DNA from: an uncultured Pseudomonadales bacterium
Lineage (GTDB): Bacteria; Patescibacteriota; Microgenomatia; UBA1400; PJMF01
Length of the DNA: 64,000 nucleotides
Assembly: GCA_964633875.1 (NCBI GenBank)
Contig: CAZWKL010000001.1
Location: 193,841 to 257,840, forward strand
Reading direction: 5' to 3'
Shown one piece after another: positions 48,011 to 57,834 of this stretch (position 1 is its first letter; each line of letters opens with the position of its first letter). The position numbers and the translations under genes were made by a program. The notes beneath the pieces were generated by a model that had not been told where the DNA came from, did not search any database, and saw nothing but the letters and a program-made list of their open reading frames with translations.

Positions 48011-49744
48011 ATGTTAAAAACTCGAGTACGCCGCTTGGTCAAGTGGCTTGACAAAAATATTCTCCTGGTATTAGGTGGTTTTTTGCTGGCTTTTATCCCG
48101 CTTTTTCCCAAGTTACCGCTGTTTGACGCCATTCCCGGCTACATTGTTCGCGTCAGACTTGAGGATCTTTTGGTAGGTGTGACCGCGATTGTTTGGCTGA
48201 TTCAAGTCATTAGAAAAAAAGCCGAGTGGAAAACTCCCCTCACGCCATTTATTTTGGCCTATGCGGTTATTGGACTGCTATCAACCCTGTCTGCCGTATT
48301 TATCACTCAAACAGTACCGCTGGAGCCACTTCATGTTGGCAAAACCGTGCTGCATTACTTCCGTTATCTTGAGTATTTTGCCTTATTTTTCTTTATTTCC
48401 AGCGCGGTCAAAACTCGTAGAGATCTAAAAATCCTGATTTTTATCGTGCTGGGTACTCTTTTGGGCATTGGTATTTATGGCATCGGCCAAAAATACTTTT
48501 ACTGGCCAGTGTACTCCACTATGAACCGAGAGTTTAGTAAAGGAATCAGGCTTTATCTCACCGAACACGCCCGGGTTCAGTCTACTTTTGGCGGTCATTA
48601 TGACTTAGCTGGCTATTTGGTTTTGGTTTTGCCAATGCTTTTAGCTCTTTATTTAAGTGTTGCAAATGGTCTAAAAAAACACGGCCTGGGTATTTTATTT
48701 ATCCTCAGTTTGTGGTTGGTGGTTGTCAGTGGCGCCAGATCTTCGTTCATTGCTTTTGTGGCCGCTTCAGCTTTAGTAGTACTTTTAAAAGCCTTAAAAC
48801 AAGCCGCCTGGAAACAAAAAATTTTATATTTCCTGAGCAGGTATGCGGCAGTAATGTTCGCTACTCTAATCATGTTGTTCACCTTCGGAGACGATATGTA
48901 TGATCGGTTAGTTCAAGGTTTGGAAGGTTATCCCACTGTTTATAATGCTTACAGGACCACCATCAAAGCTAGTAATAAAATCTCTGAAAACTATATCTTG
49001 ATTCCACTGGGAGTGACTAAAGAATTTAGAAATAAACTGAGAAGCGGACAATTTTTTGGCAAACCGGAAAACGCCATTTCCACTGAAGACGCGGAGGTGT
49101 TGGTGGCATCAGATCAACGCCCTGTTTCTGACAAGCCCAGTGATGTTTATGTAGACGTTCCGGATATTAAAAGAGTAGCCACGATTTCAGCCGAGGGCAA
49201 TCTTGAGTATCAAAACATTGAAGTTCCTCGCACTTACTCAGAAAATGCTAAAAAATATGGTTTGTCTGTAGCCATCCGTCTTGATTATCTTTGGCCCAAA
49301 GCTATTGAGGGTTTTATGTCCAATCCACTTCTGGGCAGTGGTTATGCCACTCTCACCAAAGAAACGGTTTATCACTTCACCGAAGCTGAAAGCACGGACA
49401 ATAATTTCCTGAGAACGCTAGGTGAAACCGGCATTTTGGGCTTTGCTACTTTTTACGGCGCCATTGCCTTTGCCATCTATTGGGCCTATCAACTTTATAA
49501 GAAAGGCAGCAAGTCTGTTTTTGTCACTTCACTGGCCATTGGCTATATTGCTGCCAGTGTTGGCTTGCTGATTAACGCCACCTACATAGATGTTTACGCT
49601 GCTTCAAAAGTAGCTTTCACTTTCTGGAGTATGACCGGAATTCTGTTTGCTTTGGTGCAAATTGAGTTCGGCAACCAAGCTATTCCTTTTCTTAAATACA
49701 TGAATCGTTTTGAAAATAGGCTGCGTCAATTTGTCGCTCGATAA
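48011..49744 (+). CDS. Wzy_C (O-antigen ligase/polymerase/PglL-like) family membrane protein
   Basis: About 10 TM helices, a conserved loop Arg (SGARSSFIAF), a large extracytoplasmic loop of about 170 aa, and a Wzy_C-like TDNNFLRTLGETGILGF motif (consensus AHN.yL...E.G..G). Confidence 0.65.
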   Translation: MLKTRVRRLVKWLDKNILLVLGGFLLAFIPLFPKLPLFDAIPGYIVRVRLEDLLVGVTAIVWLIQVIRKKAEWKTPLTPFILAYAVIGLLSTLSAVFITQTVPLEPLHVGKTVLHYFRYLEYFALFFFISSAVKTRRDLKILIFIVLGTLLGIGIYGIGQKYFYWPVYSTMNREFSKGIRLYLTEHARVQSTFGGHYDLAGYLVLVLPMLLALYLSVANGLKKHGLGILFILSLWLVVVSGARSSFIAFVAASALVVLLKALKQAAWKQKILYFLSRYAAVMFATLIMLFTFGDDMYDRLVQGLEGYPTVYNAYRTTIKASNKISENYILIPLGVTKEFRNKLRSGQFFGKPENAISTEDAEVLVASDQRPVSDKPSDVYVDVPDIKRVATISAEGNLEYQNIEVPRTYSENAKKYGLSVAIRLDYLWPKAIEGFMSNPLLGSGYATLTKETVYHFTEAESTDNNFLRTLGETGILGFATFYGAIAFAIYWAYQLYKKGSKSVFVTSLAIGYIAASVGLLINATYIDVYAASKVAFTFWSMTGILFALVQIEFGNQAIPFLKYMNRFENRLRQFVAR

Positions 49745-49747
49745 ATT

Positions 49748-51214
49748 ATGAAGAATTTTGTTGCTCGCTATCCGCTGCTAATTTTGATTGTGCTACTGGC
49801 TTTTGCGGTGCGGCTCTATCGGCTTAATTATCCCTTGCTTGACTGGCACAGTTGGCGGCAAGCAGACACAGCCTCAGTCACCAGGGAATTCCAAAAAAAC
49901 GGCATCGACCTCTTGGAGCCAAAGTACCACGATGTTTCCAGCATCCCCAGCGGCAGAGACAACCCGGCAGGCTACCGGATGGTTGAGCTTCCTTTAGTGA
50001 ACGCTTTGATTGCCGGCTTACTGAGCATTTTTCCATCTTTGCCTTTGGTACCAACCAGCAGAATGGTTTCAATACTTTTTTCCTTGGGCACTTTGATAGC
50101 CATATTTTTACTGGTTAAAGAGTGGTCCGGCAAGAGAGTGGCTTACTTGTCCGCGCTAACTTTTGCAGTCTTGCCATACTCTATTTATTACTCACGCGCT
50201 ATTTTGCCTGAACCAGCCATGCTTTTCTTTTCTACTTTTGCCATTTACAGCTTTGATAGATGGACTAGAATTCAACACGCCGGTTGGTACTTAAGCTCAG
50301 CTCTAAGTTTGGCCATCGCGCTACTGCTCAAACCTTTTGTGGTGTTTTTAGCGCCAGTATTTGCCGTGATAGTTTGGTTACAATTTGGCAAAAATTTTTG
50401 GAAAAACCTTTGGTTATATCTCTATGGCTTAATGGCTGTAGCGCCTCTTTTGCTTTGGCGCGACTGGATTGCCAACTACCCGGAGGGCATTCCTGCCTCT
50501 GATTGGCTTTACAACGGCAACGGTATTCGTTTCCGCCCGGCTTGGTTCAGGTGGCTGGGTTATGAACGGCTCACCAAACTGATGTTGGGCTTCTCGGGTT
50601 TGGTATTTTTACCTTTCGGCCTCATTGACAAAAACAAAGATACTCTTTTGTATCTAGCGTGGTGGTTGGGAATCGGCAGTTACCTGACAGTTTTCGCCAC
50701 CGGTAACGTTCAACACGATTATTACCAAATCATCATGTTGCCAATTCTCAGCATTACTGTCGGCAAGGGTGTGGTTAAATTTTATCAATTCATCAACTAC
50801 CAGTGGAAAAAAAGATTTTACCAGTTGCCTGTCTACAGCCATGTTACTGCTTTGACCTTGGTCAGTTGCGCCTTCCTCATCATGATTGCTTTTTCCTGGA
50901 CTCAAGTGCGTGGTTATTTTAATGTTAATCATTGGGAGTATGTTCGGGCTGGTCAAATTGTTCGTGATAAAACACCCTCAGATGCTTTAATCATCGCTCC
51001 AGCCATGGGAGATACCGCCTTCCTCTTCCAAACCGACCGGCGCGGTTGGCCTATCGGTAGTGATATCAGCGACAAAATCGACAAAGGCGCCACTCATTAC
51101 CTCACCACTTCGTATGATGATGAAGCTAAAACATTGGAAGAGAAATACTTTATCATCGAAAAAACCGACGAACACTTGCTGCTCGACCTCACTAACAGAA
51201 GGGAGGCAGAATGA
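49748..51214 (+). CDS. ArnT/GT39-like GT-C membrane glycosyltransferase
   Basis: LYRLNYPLLDWHSWRQADTASVTREF loop-1 motif, about 11 TM helices, and a C-terminal soluble domain. Confidence 0.65.
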   Translation: MKNFVARYPLLILIVLLAFAVRLYRLNYPLLDWHSWRQADTASVTREFQKNGIDLLEPKYHDVSSIPSGRDNPAGYRMVELPLVNALIAGLLSIFPSLPLVPTSRMVSILFSLGTLIAIFLLVKEWSGKRVAYLSALTFAVLPYSIYYSRAILPEPAMLFFSTFAIYSFDRWTRIQHAGWYLSSALSLAIALLLKPFVVFLAPVFAVIVWLQFGKNFWKNLWLYLYGLMAVAPLLLWRDWIANYPEGIPASDWLYNGNGIRFRPAWFRWLGYERLTKLMLGFSGLVFLPFGLIDKNKDTLLYLAWWLGIGSYLTVFATGNVQHDYYQIIMLPILSITVGKGVVKFYQFINYQWKKRFYQLPVYSHVTALTLVSCAFLIMIAFSWTQVRGYFNVNHWEYVRAGQIVRDKTPSDALIIAPAMGDTAFLFQTDRRGWPIGSDISDKIDKGATHYLTTSYDDEAKTLEEKYFIIEKTDEHLLLDLTNRREAE

Positions 51215-52413
51215 TGAAGGTTTTGATGCTAACCCCCTATCTCCCATATCCGCTGCTTTCTGGAGGACAGATCAGAACTTACAACCTGCTCAAAAAGCTT
51301 TCCAGTAAATACGATGTCACTCTTTTTGCTTTAATTAAAGACGAAGAAGAAAAAAAGTTTATTCCTGAACTTAAAAAATACTGTTCCCAAGTCAAGGTTT
51401 TCAAAAGATCCAGTCACCCTTTCACTTTAAGCAACATTCTCAAAACCGGCTTTTCTACTTTCCCGTTTTTAGTGATGCGCAATTTGGTTCCCGAAGTCAT
51501 TTCTGCCGTTAGCAAAGAACTCAAAACTAACAATTACGACCTTATTCATGCCGAAACTTTCTACATGATGCCGCATATTCCCAAAACCCGGACTCCGATT
51601 ATTTTGGTGGAACAAACCATTGAGTACCTGGGTTATGAAAGCTACGCCAAAAAAGCCAACTTTTTTTTGAAGCCCTTATTGATGATCGACATTTTCAAAA
51701 TTAAATACTGGGAAAAACACTATTGGAATCTGGCTGATCGTCTGGTGGTGATGAGCAATGAAGACAAGCGCCTGGTTGCCAAAGACATTAGAAATCCAGA
51801 AAAAGTAGCTGTGGTTGAAAATGGCGTAGACACAGCTTGGTTTAACGAAATCAAACGCCAAGAGCCAAAAACACCCACGCTTCTTTCTGTTGGTACTTTC
51901 AAATGGCTGCCCAATATTGAAGCTGTCAGGTTTCTTGTCAACCAAGTTTGGCCGCTAGTCAAAAAGCGGGTGCCTCAGTTAAAACTTAATATCGTTGGTA
52001 ACGCACCTACCGAAGAAGTGCTGGCTTATAGCAAAATGGCTGGTATTTCGGTTCCCGGCAGAGTAGAAGACATCAGAAAAGCTTTTGCTCAGGCTCATAT
52101 TTTAGTGGCTCCCGTTTTCAGCGGCAAGGGCACCCGCTATAAAATTCTTGAGGCGATGGCTTCGGGAACACCAACCGTAGCTACCAGTACTGCGGTAGAA
52201 GGACTCAGAGTAGAACACAGCAAACATGTTATGATTGGCAATACTGCCGAAGAGCTGACAGACATGATTGTAGAGTTGATTGAGAATGAAGAAAAAAGAA
52301 AAACTTTGGCAAAAAATGGTAAAGCCTTTGTGCGCAGTCAATATGATTGGCAATTGATTTCACAAAAACTTGATAAAATATATCAAAAGATCGGTAATAC
52401 TAGGAAGAAATAA
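51211..52413 (+). CDS. Glycosyltransferase family 4
   Basis: MKVLMLTPYLPYPLLSGGQIRTYNL N-terminus and GTRYKILEAMASGTPTV. Confidence 0.85.
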   Translation: MMKVLMLTPYLPYPLLSGGQIRTYNLLKKLSSKYDVTLFALIKDEEEKKFIPELKKYCSQVKVFKRSSHPFTLSNILKTGFSTFPFLVMRNLVPEVISAVSKELKTNNYDLIHAETFYMMPHIPKTRTPIILVEQTIEYLGYESYAKKANFFLKPLLMIDIFKIKYWEKHYWNLADRLVVMSNEDKRLVAKDIRNPEKVAVVENGVDTAWFNEIKRQEPKTPTLLSVGTFKWLPNIEAVRFLVNQVWPLVKKRVPQLKLNIVGNAPTEEVLAYSKMAGISVPGRVEDIRKAFAQAHILVAPVFSGKGTRYKILEAMASGTPTVATSTAVEGLRVEHSKHVMIGNTAEELTDMIVELIENEEKRKTLAKNGKAFVRSQYDWQLISQKLDKIYQKIGNTRKK

Positions 52414-52418
52414 GAAAA

Positions 52419-53279
52419 ATGCTAGAAATTATCATCGTCAATTACAACAGTCAATTCTGGTTGAAAAAAACTCTCACTTCGCTCAAAGAAGAGTACTTGG
52501 ATCAAACTAAAACCAAGGTTAAGGTCACCGTTGTTGATAATGGTTCTGAAGATGATTCGCTCAAGATGCTCAGAAGAGAGTATAGGTGGGTAGATATTGT
52601 TGAACTGGGTCAAAATCATGGTTTTGCTTATGCCAATAACCGCGCTCTGGAAAAATCTAAAGCTAAGTATGTGATGTTGTTGAACTCAGACGTCGAATTT
52701 ACTTCCCAATCAAACTTGGATGTTTTGCTGGAGTTTATTGAAACTCATCCTCAAGTGGCCGCCATCAGTCCCAGGGTAGAGTTCACCAACGGCGAGATTG
52801 ATCCTGCCAGCCACCGTGGCGAGCCCTCACTTTGGCCATCTATTACTTACATGTTGGGTCTGGAAAGTCTTTTTCCCAAAAGCAAGTTGTTTGGCCAGTA
52901 TCATCAGTTTTATAAAGACTTGTCTTCAATCCACGTAGTGGACGCCGTTTCGGGAGCGGCCATGATTGTTAGGCAAGCGGCTATTGCTGAAGTTGGTTTG
53001 TTAGATGAACGATTTTTCATGTATGCTGAAGACCTGGATTGGTGCAAACGCTTTCGCGAAGCCGGCTACCAAATTATTTTTCATCCAGAAGTAAAAGTCA
53101 TCCATCACAAAAATAAATCGGGTATAAAAAGTAGTTCGCAAAAAATTGCCAGAAAAACCAGAAGATACTTTTATGACACCATGTTACAATACTACGATAA
53201 ACACTATAAAGATTTGTATCCAGGTTTTTTTAGGTCAGTAATTAAGTACATATTAGTTATTAAAAAAGGAGCACTCTAA
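52419..53279 (+). CDS. Glycosyltransferase family 2 (WbbL-like)
   Basis: LEIIIVNYNSQFWL...VVDNGSEDDS...NSDV...YAEDLDWC. Confidence 0.8.
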   Translation: MLEIIIVNYNSQFWLKKTLTSLKEEYLDQTKTKVKVTVVDNGSEDDSLKMLRREYRWVDIVELGQNHGFAYANNRALEKSKAKYVMLLNSDVEFTSQSNLDVLLEFIETHPQVAAISPRVEFTNGEIDPASHRGEPSLWPSITYMLGLESLFPKSKLFGQYHQFYKDLSSIHVVDAVSGAAMIVRQAAIAEVGLLDERFFMYAEDLDWCKRFREAGYQIIFHPEVKVIHHKNKSGIKSSSQKIARKTRRYFYDTMLQYYDKHYKDLYPGFFRSVIKYILVIKKGAL

Positions 53280-53785
53280 TGCATTCCCCAATCTATTTTG
53301 AAATAAGAGATCTGCGCGCCCAGAATACTCAAAAAGTTTTGGAGGCTATTTTGGTAGTTTTGGCTGCGCTTTTCGTCATCGCCTTGCTGCCGTCACTTTT
53401 GTATACCTACGTTTACGCTCAGGCTCAACTGTTGGAACAACCGCTGTTACTGGAATTACTGCCGGTGGTTACCTTTGCTCTCGCAGTTTTATATGTAATT
53501 TATGTGGTTGTCGGCAACATTCGCCGCACCAACCAAATCAAAGCTCTCAAGCTTCAAGTGGCTGAGTATGTCAATTTTGGCAAAGATACTGCTGATGAGA
53601 TGATCACTCAAAAAGAACTTGACGAATTGGAGAACATCGTCGAACAAGCCATTAGCGAAGTCGAAGGAGCTGAAGCCAAAACCGGCAGAAGAAAAGCCTC
53701 CAGAAAGTCAGCTGCCAGAAAAACCAGTGCTAGAAGAACCACAAAGCCAGCTGCTAAAAGGAGAGCTACTAAGAAAAGTAAATGA
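53279..53785 (+). CDS. Small bitopic/2-TM membrane protein with coiled-coil and Lys/Arg-rich C-terminal tail
   Basis: Two hydrophobic helices (VLEAILVVLAALFVIALLPSLLY; LLPVVTFALAVLYVIYVVVG), an acidic helical segment, then KTGRRKASRKSAARKTSARRTTKPAAKRRATKKSK. 1-bp and 4-bp overlaps with the flanking GT genes. Confidence 0.5.
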   Translation: MHSPIYFEIRDLRAQNTQKVLEAILVVLAALFVIALLPSLLYTYVYAQAQLLEQPLLLELLPVVTFALAVLYVIYVVVGNIRRTNQIKALKLQVAEYVNFGKDTADEMITQKELDELENIVEQAISEVEGAEAKTGRRKASRKSAARKTSARRTTKPAAKRRATKKSK

Positions 53786-54873
53786 GAATTGGCATAGATT
53801 GCCGGCTCGCAGGAACCAAGCACGCAGGCATAGGTAGGTATATTGAAAACCTCCTGCGCCACGCCTTAACAAACAACAATCACAACTGGGTGCTGTTTTT
53901 CTACGATGAAGAACAGGCCCAGTTAGTTTTGGGAAAGCTCTTCGGCCTGCCGCACGTTGCAATTATTTATTCACCAGTAAAGCATTATTCCGTTGCTGAG
54001 CAACTGAAGATGCCTGTTTATTTTTACCAAGCCAAACTCGACTTACTCCACGTTCCTCATTTCAATGCTCCTCTTTTGTATTTCAAACCTTTCGTAGTAA
54101 CCATCCATGATTTACTTTGGCATCAACACCGTGGTTCAGCTGTCACCACTCTCAGCGCCCTGCAATACTGGCTTAAATACTTTTCTTATCGACTGACTGT
54201 GCGCAACGCTATTATGCGGGCCAGAAAAGTGATTGTACCGGCAAAAACAATTAAGCAAACGGTTGGCGAACGTTTTCCCATGGCTAAAAATAAAATCAAA
54301 GTAACCTATGAGGGTGTAGAAAAGTCACTGTTGAAAACAACTACCGAAAAACGCAAAAAAAATACTTTGCTTTATGTTGGCTCGCTTTACCCACACAAAA
54401 ACGTCCGCTTGGTGATTGCCGCCCTACACCAACTGCCCCAATACAAACTGGAACTGGTAGGATCCAGAAATATTTTCGTCAAACAAACTCAAGATTTTAT
54501 CAACTCTTTAGGATTGCAAAAACAAGTGCGCTTTCTCGGGTATTTGCCTGATCAGGCGTTGCAGAAAAAATACGCCCAAGTGACGGCCTTAGTGCAACCC
54601 TCCTTGTCGGAAGGCTTCGGTCTCACGGGAGTAGAAGCTATGGCTCAAGGCACACCCATTTTGGCATCTGATATTCCCATTTTTCGTGAAATTTATGGCG
54701 ATGGAGCAATTTTATTCAACCCACACAAAATTGCTGCTTTTGTGGCTGCGATCAAAAAACTAGAAACCACAAAACTAGACTCCCTCAAAGAAAGAGCTAA
54801 AAAAATTGCCAATAGTTACAGTTGGCAGAAAATGGCCAAACAAACTATCTTTATTTATGAAAAAGCTCTCTGA
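53782..54873 (+). CDS. Glycosyltransferase family 4
   Basis: PSLSEGFGLTGVEAMAQGTPIL. Confidence 0.8.
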   Translation: MRIGIDCRLAGTKHAGIGRYIENLLRHALTNNNHNWVLFFYDEEQAQLVLGKLFGLPHVAIIYSPVKHYSVAEQLKMPVYFYQAKLDLLHVPHFNAPLLYFKPFVVTIHDLLWHQHRGSAVTTLSALQYWLKYFSYRLTVRNAIMRARKVIVPAKTIKQTVGERFPMAKNKIKVTYEGVEKSLLKTTTEKRKKNTLLYVGSLYPHKNVRLVIAALHQLPQYKLELVGSRNIFVKQTQDFINSLGLQKQVRFLGYLPDQALQKKYAQVTALVQPSLSEGFGLTGVEAMAQGTPILASDIPIFREIYGDGAILFNPHKIAAFVAAIKKLETTKLDSLKERAKKIANSYSWQKMAKQTIFIYEKAL

Positions 54874-56086
54874 TCTGGCCGTTGCTTTCGTTTATGACAA
54901 AGCTACCACTCCATATGGTGGCGCTGAGCAAGTCATTAAATCTTTGCACAGCATTTTTCCAAATGCGCCACTTTTCACTTCTGTCTTTAATAAAAATGCT
55001 CTCAACTGGACAAAGGGTATGGAAATCCAACCCTCCTTTCTGCAAAAATTACCATATTTCAAAAATCATCCACAATTACTGGCAGCCTTGATGCCGATGG
55101 CCTTTGAATCACTCAATTTAGACAATTACGACCTGATCATTTCTGTTACCAGTGGGGAAGCTAAGGGTGTGATTACCAAGCCGCACCAACTTCATCTTTG
55201 TTACTTACTCACTCCACCGCGCTATATTTATTCTCATCGTCTGGAATACCTCGACGCTCAATTAATCACCCGACTGCCTATACTCCGGCAAATTGCTCAC
55301 GCTCTGTTGGATTACCTGCGCTGGTGGGATCAGGCAGCTATTCATCGTCCGGATTTTATCGTACCAATTTCTGAATTAGTTAAAAGCAGAGCAGCAACCT
55401 ATTATTCCCGACCTAGTGAGGCGGTTTTGTACCCGCCTGTACCGGAAATTTCAGAATCCAAAAAAGAGATCGGTTCCCTGCCTATTTCAGAATTTTATCT
55501 TTGCGCTTCAAGGTTGGTTCGGTACAAAAGAATTGATTTAGCCATCAAAGCAGCTCTCTATCTTCATAAAAAACTGGTGATCGTCGGTACGGGCAACCAA
55601 CAAAAAGCACTGATTAAATTAGCCGGCAAAAGAGCGGCAGTACGCCGCCAAGACGAAACTTTAACAAAATTCTTTCACCGGACAACCGATAAAAACATCT
55701 TGTTCGTAGGAAAAACTACCAACTCGAACTTACTACAATTGATGCAACACACTCGAGCGCTACTAATGCCGGGTATAGAAGATTTTGGTATCACCGCTCT
55801 TCAAGCTAATCTTTATGGCAAACCGGTAATTCTTCACCAAAAAAGTGGCGCTGCTGAGTTGATTGAAAACCAGGTTCACGGCCTGCATCTAGAAGAAGAA
55901 AGTGAGTCAGCTTTGATCGCGGCCATAAAAAAACTTGAGGTAACAAGCCTAGATTCGAACCGTTTAATCAAAAATGCCCAGCGTTTTAAAACCCAATCTT
56001 TTACTACCCAATTCAGCAAAAAAGTGTATGATTTGTTCATAACATACTCGAAAAATCTGAGGAAAGGCGTTCATGAATCACCTTGA
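54857..56086 (+). CDS. Glycosyltransferase family 4
   Basis: Internal Met MKKLSDLAVAFVYDKATTPYGGAEQ (GT4 N-terminus). GT-B C-domain. Confidence 0.75.
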   Translation: MKKLSDLAVAFVYDKATTPYGGAEQVIKSLHSIFPNAPLFTSVFNKNALNWTKGMEIQPSFLQKLPYFKNHPQLLAALMPMAFESLNLDNYDLIISVTSGEAKGVITKPHQLHLCYLLTPPRYIYSHRLEYLDAQLITRLPILRQIAHALLDYLRWWDQAAIHRPDFIVPISELVKSRAATYYSRPSEAVLYPPVPEISESKKEIGSLPISEFYLCASRLVRYKRIDLAIKAALYLHKKLVIVGTGNQQKALIKLAGKRAAVRRQDETLTKFFHRTTDKNILFVGKTTNSNLLQLMQHTRALLMPGIEDFGITALQANLYGKPVILHQKSGAAELIENQVHGLHLEEESESALIAAIKKLEVTSLDSNRLIKNAQRFKTQSFTTQFSKKVYDLFITYSKNLRKGVHESP

Positions 56087-57176
56087 TCATACTTACGCAG
56101 TTATTTTGGCCGGCGGCGGCGGCACTAGGCTTTGGCCAAAATCACGAACCAAAACACCCAAACAATTTCTCAAGCTCCTGAGCGAAAACACACTCATCCA
56201 GCAAACAGCCAACCGCATTACCAAACTCATTCCTTGGGAAAGAGTTATTGTAGTAACCAACAAAAAATATCAAAAAGATGTCGAGAAACAATTGCCAAAT
56301 GTCCTTAAAGAAAATATTATTGGTGAGCCGCAAAAACGCGACACTGCCCTAGCCATGTTGGTCGGCTCACTTTTTGCTAAAAATCTTGATCCTAAAGCAG
56401 TGGTCATTAATCTGGCTTCCGATCATGGCGTCACCGATGAAATCGAGTTTGTTAGAGTAATTAACTCAGCCGCTCAAGTAGCAGCGGAGAGCGATTATTT
56501 GGTCACTGTTGGTATCACTCCCACCCACCCATCAACTGGTCTTGGTTACATCAAAATCGGCCAAGACATCAAAAAGTTGGCAAATAGCCTGACTCTTTTT
56601 AAAGTGGAAAGCTTTACCGAAAAACCCAACGAAGCCACCGCTAGAGGATTTATTTCTACCGGCAAGTATTTCTGGAATGCCAACAACTACGTCTGGAATG
56701 TTGATACTTTAGAACGAACATTTCAAAAATACATGCCAGAAATGTGGCAGCAAGCCAAGATTCTTTCCGGCCTTTCGATTCAGAAATTTCACGACCAACT
56801 TGAAGATCTATATGAGCAAGCCGAGTCAATCTCGATTGATTATGCGGTTTCTGAAAAAGCAGACAACTTAGTGCTCATTCCCGGTGATTTTGGCTGGAGT
56901 GATGTCGGTGATTGGAAAGTGGTTTATGATCTGGAAAAAAAGAATATTTCCGGCAACGTCGTTTTGGGGGAAGGCACTAATATTCACACTCTTTCTATTG
57001 AATCCCACAACAACTTAATTCATACTAATGGCCGGTTGGTGGCCATTGTTGGTGTGAATGACCTGGTGATCATTGACACTGATGAAATCTTGATGATCGT
57101 GCCTAAAAACAAAACCCAGGATGTAAAAAAAATAGTCACTCGCCTCAAAGAAGAAAAACAGAAAGAATATCTTTAG
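56073..57176 (+). CDS. manC: Mannose-1-phosphate guanylyltransferase (GDP-mannose pyrophosphorylase, ManC/CpsB-like, no PMI domain)
   Basis: YAVILAGGGGTRLWPKSRTKTPKQFLKL N-terminus and ...GDFGWSDVGDW nucleotidyltransferase signatures. Confidence 0.8.
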   Translation: MNHLDHTYAVILAGGGGTRLWPKSRTKTPKQFLKLLSENTLIQQTANRITKLIPWERVIVVTNKKYQKDVEKQLPNVLKENIIGEPQKRDTALAMLVGSLFAKNLDPKAVVINLASDHGVTDEIEFVRVINSAAQVAAESDYLVTVGITPTHPSTGLGYIKIGQDIKKLANSLTLFKVESFTEKPNEATARGFISTGKYFWNANNYVWNVDTLERTFQKYMPEMWQQAKILSGLSIQKFHDQLEDLYEQAESISIDYAVSEKADNLVLIPGDFGWSDVGDWKVVYDLEKKNISGNVVLGEGTNIHTLSIESHNNLIHTNGRLVAIVGVNDLVIIDTDEILMIVPKNKTQDVKKIVTRLKEEKQKEYL

Positions 57177-57185
57177 GCCCCCGGC

Positions 57186-57806
57186 ATGCAATACGAACAG
57201 CAAAAACGAATTTTGGATCTTCTGGTGGCAGTCGTGTTAACGATCCTGTTTTTACCCATTTGGATTATTGTGCCATTTTTGATTTATCTTGAATCCGGCA
57301 CGCCCATAATTTTCAAACATCGGCGCGTGGGCCAGGGCGGTGAAGAGTTTTACCTTTATAAATTTCGCTCAATGATTAAAAATGCTGATGAGATTCTCCA
57401 CAAACATAACAAAAAATTGCTGAAAAAATTTAAAGAAAATGATTGGAAAATTGAAAATGACCCCAGAGTGACTACGCTCGGCAAAGCCTTGAGGTCGTTG
57501 ACAATTGATGAGTTTCCACAAATTTATAATGTCCTCAGGGGCGAGATGAGCATGGTAGGGCCGAGAGCCTATGTTAAAAAAGAACTGGCAGAACAATCAA
57601 AGCGCTATCCCAAAACCAAAAACTTGATTAGAAACATCGTTTCTGTCAAACCGGGGATTACCGGCCCGTGGCAGACAAGCGGCAGAAACGAGATTCCTTT
57701 TGCCACTCGAGCTAAAATGGACGCCGATTACGCCCAAAAACGCTCCATCATCGAAGACATTAAAATCCTTTTGAAAACCCCGCGCGCCATGATTTCCAAA
57801 TGGTAA
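57186..57806 (+). CDS. Initiating polyprenyl-phosphate phosphoglycosyl transferase (small PglC/WbaP C-domain type bacterial sugar transferase)
   Basis: Single N-terminal TM, then PIIFKHRRVGQGGEEFYLYKFRSM...DEFPQ...MSMVGPRA, the Bac_transf core. Confidence 0.85.
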   Translation: MQYEQQKRILDLLVAVVLTILFLPIWIIVPFLIYLESGTPIIFKHRRVGQGGEEFYLYKFRSMIKNADEILHKHNKKLLKKFKENDWKIENDPRVTTLGKALRSLTIDEFPQIYNVLRGEMSMVGPRAYVKKELAEQSKRYPKTKNLIRNIVSVKPGITGPWQTSGRNEIPFATRAKMDADYAQKRSIIEDIKILLKTPRAMISKW

Positions 57807-57834
57807 GCTGGCAAGACCTTAAATATTTGCTAGA

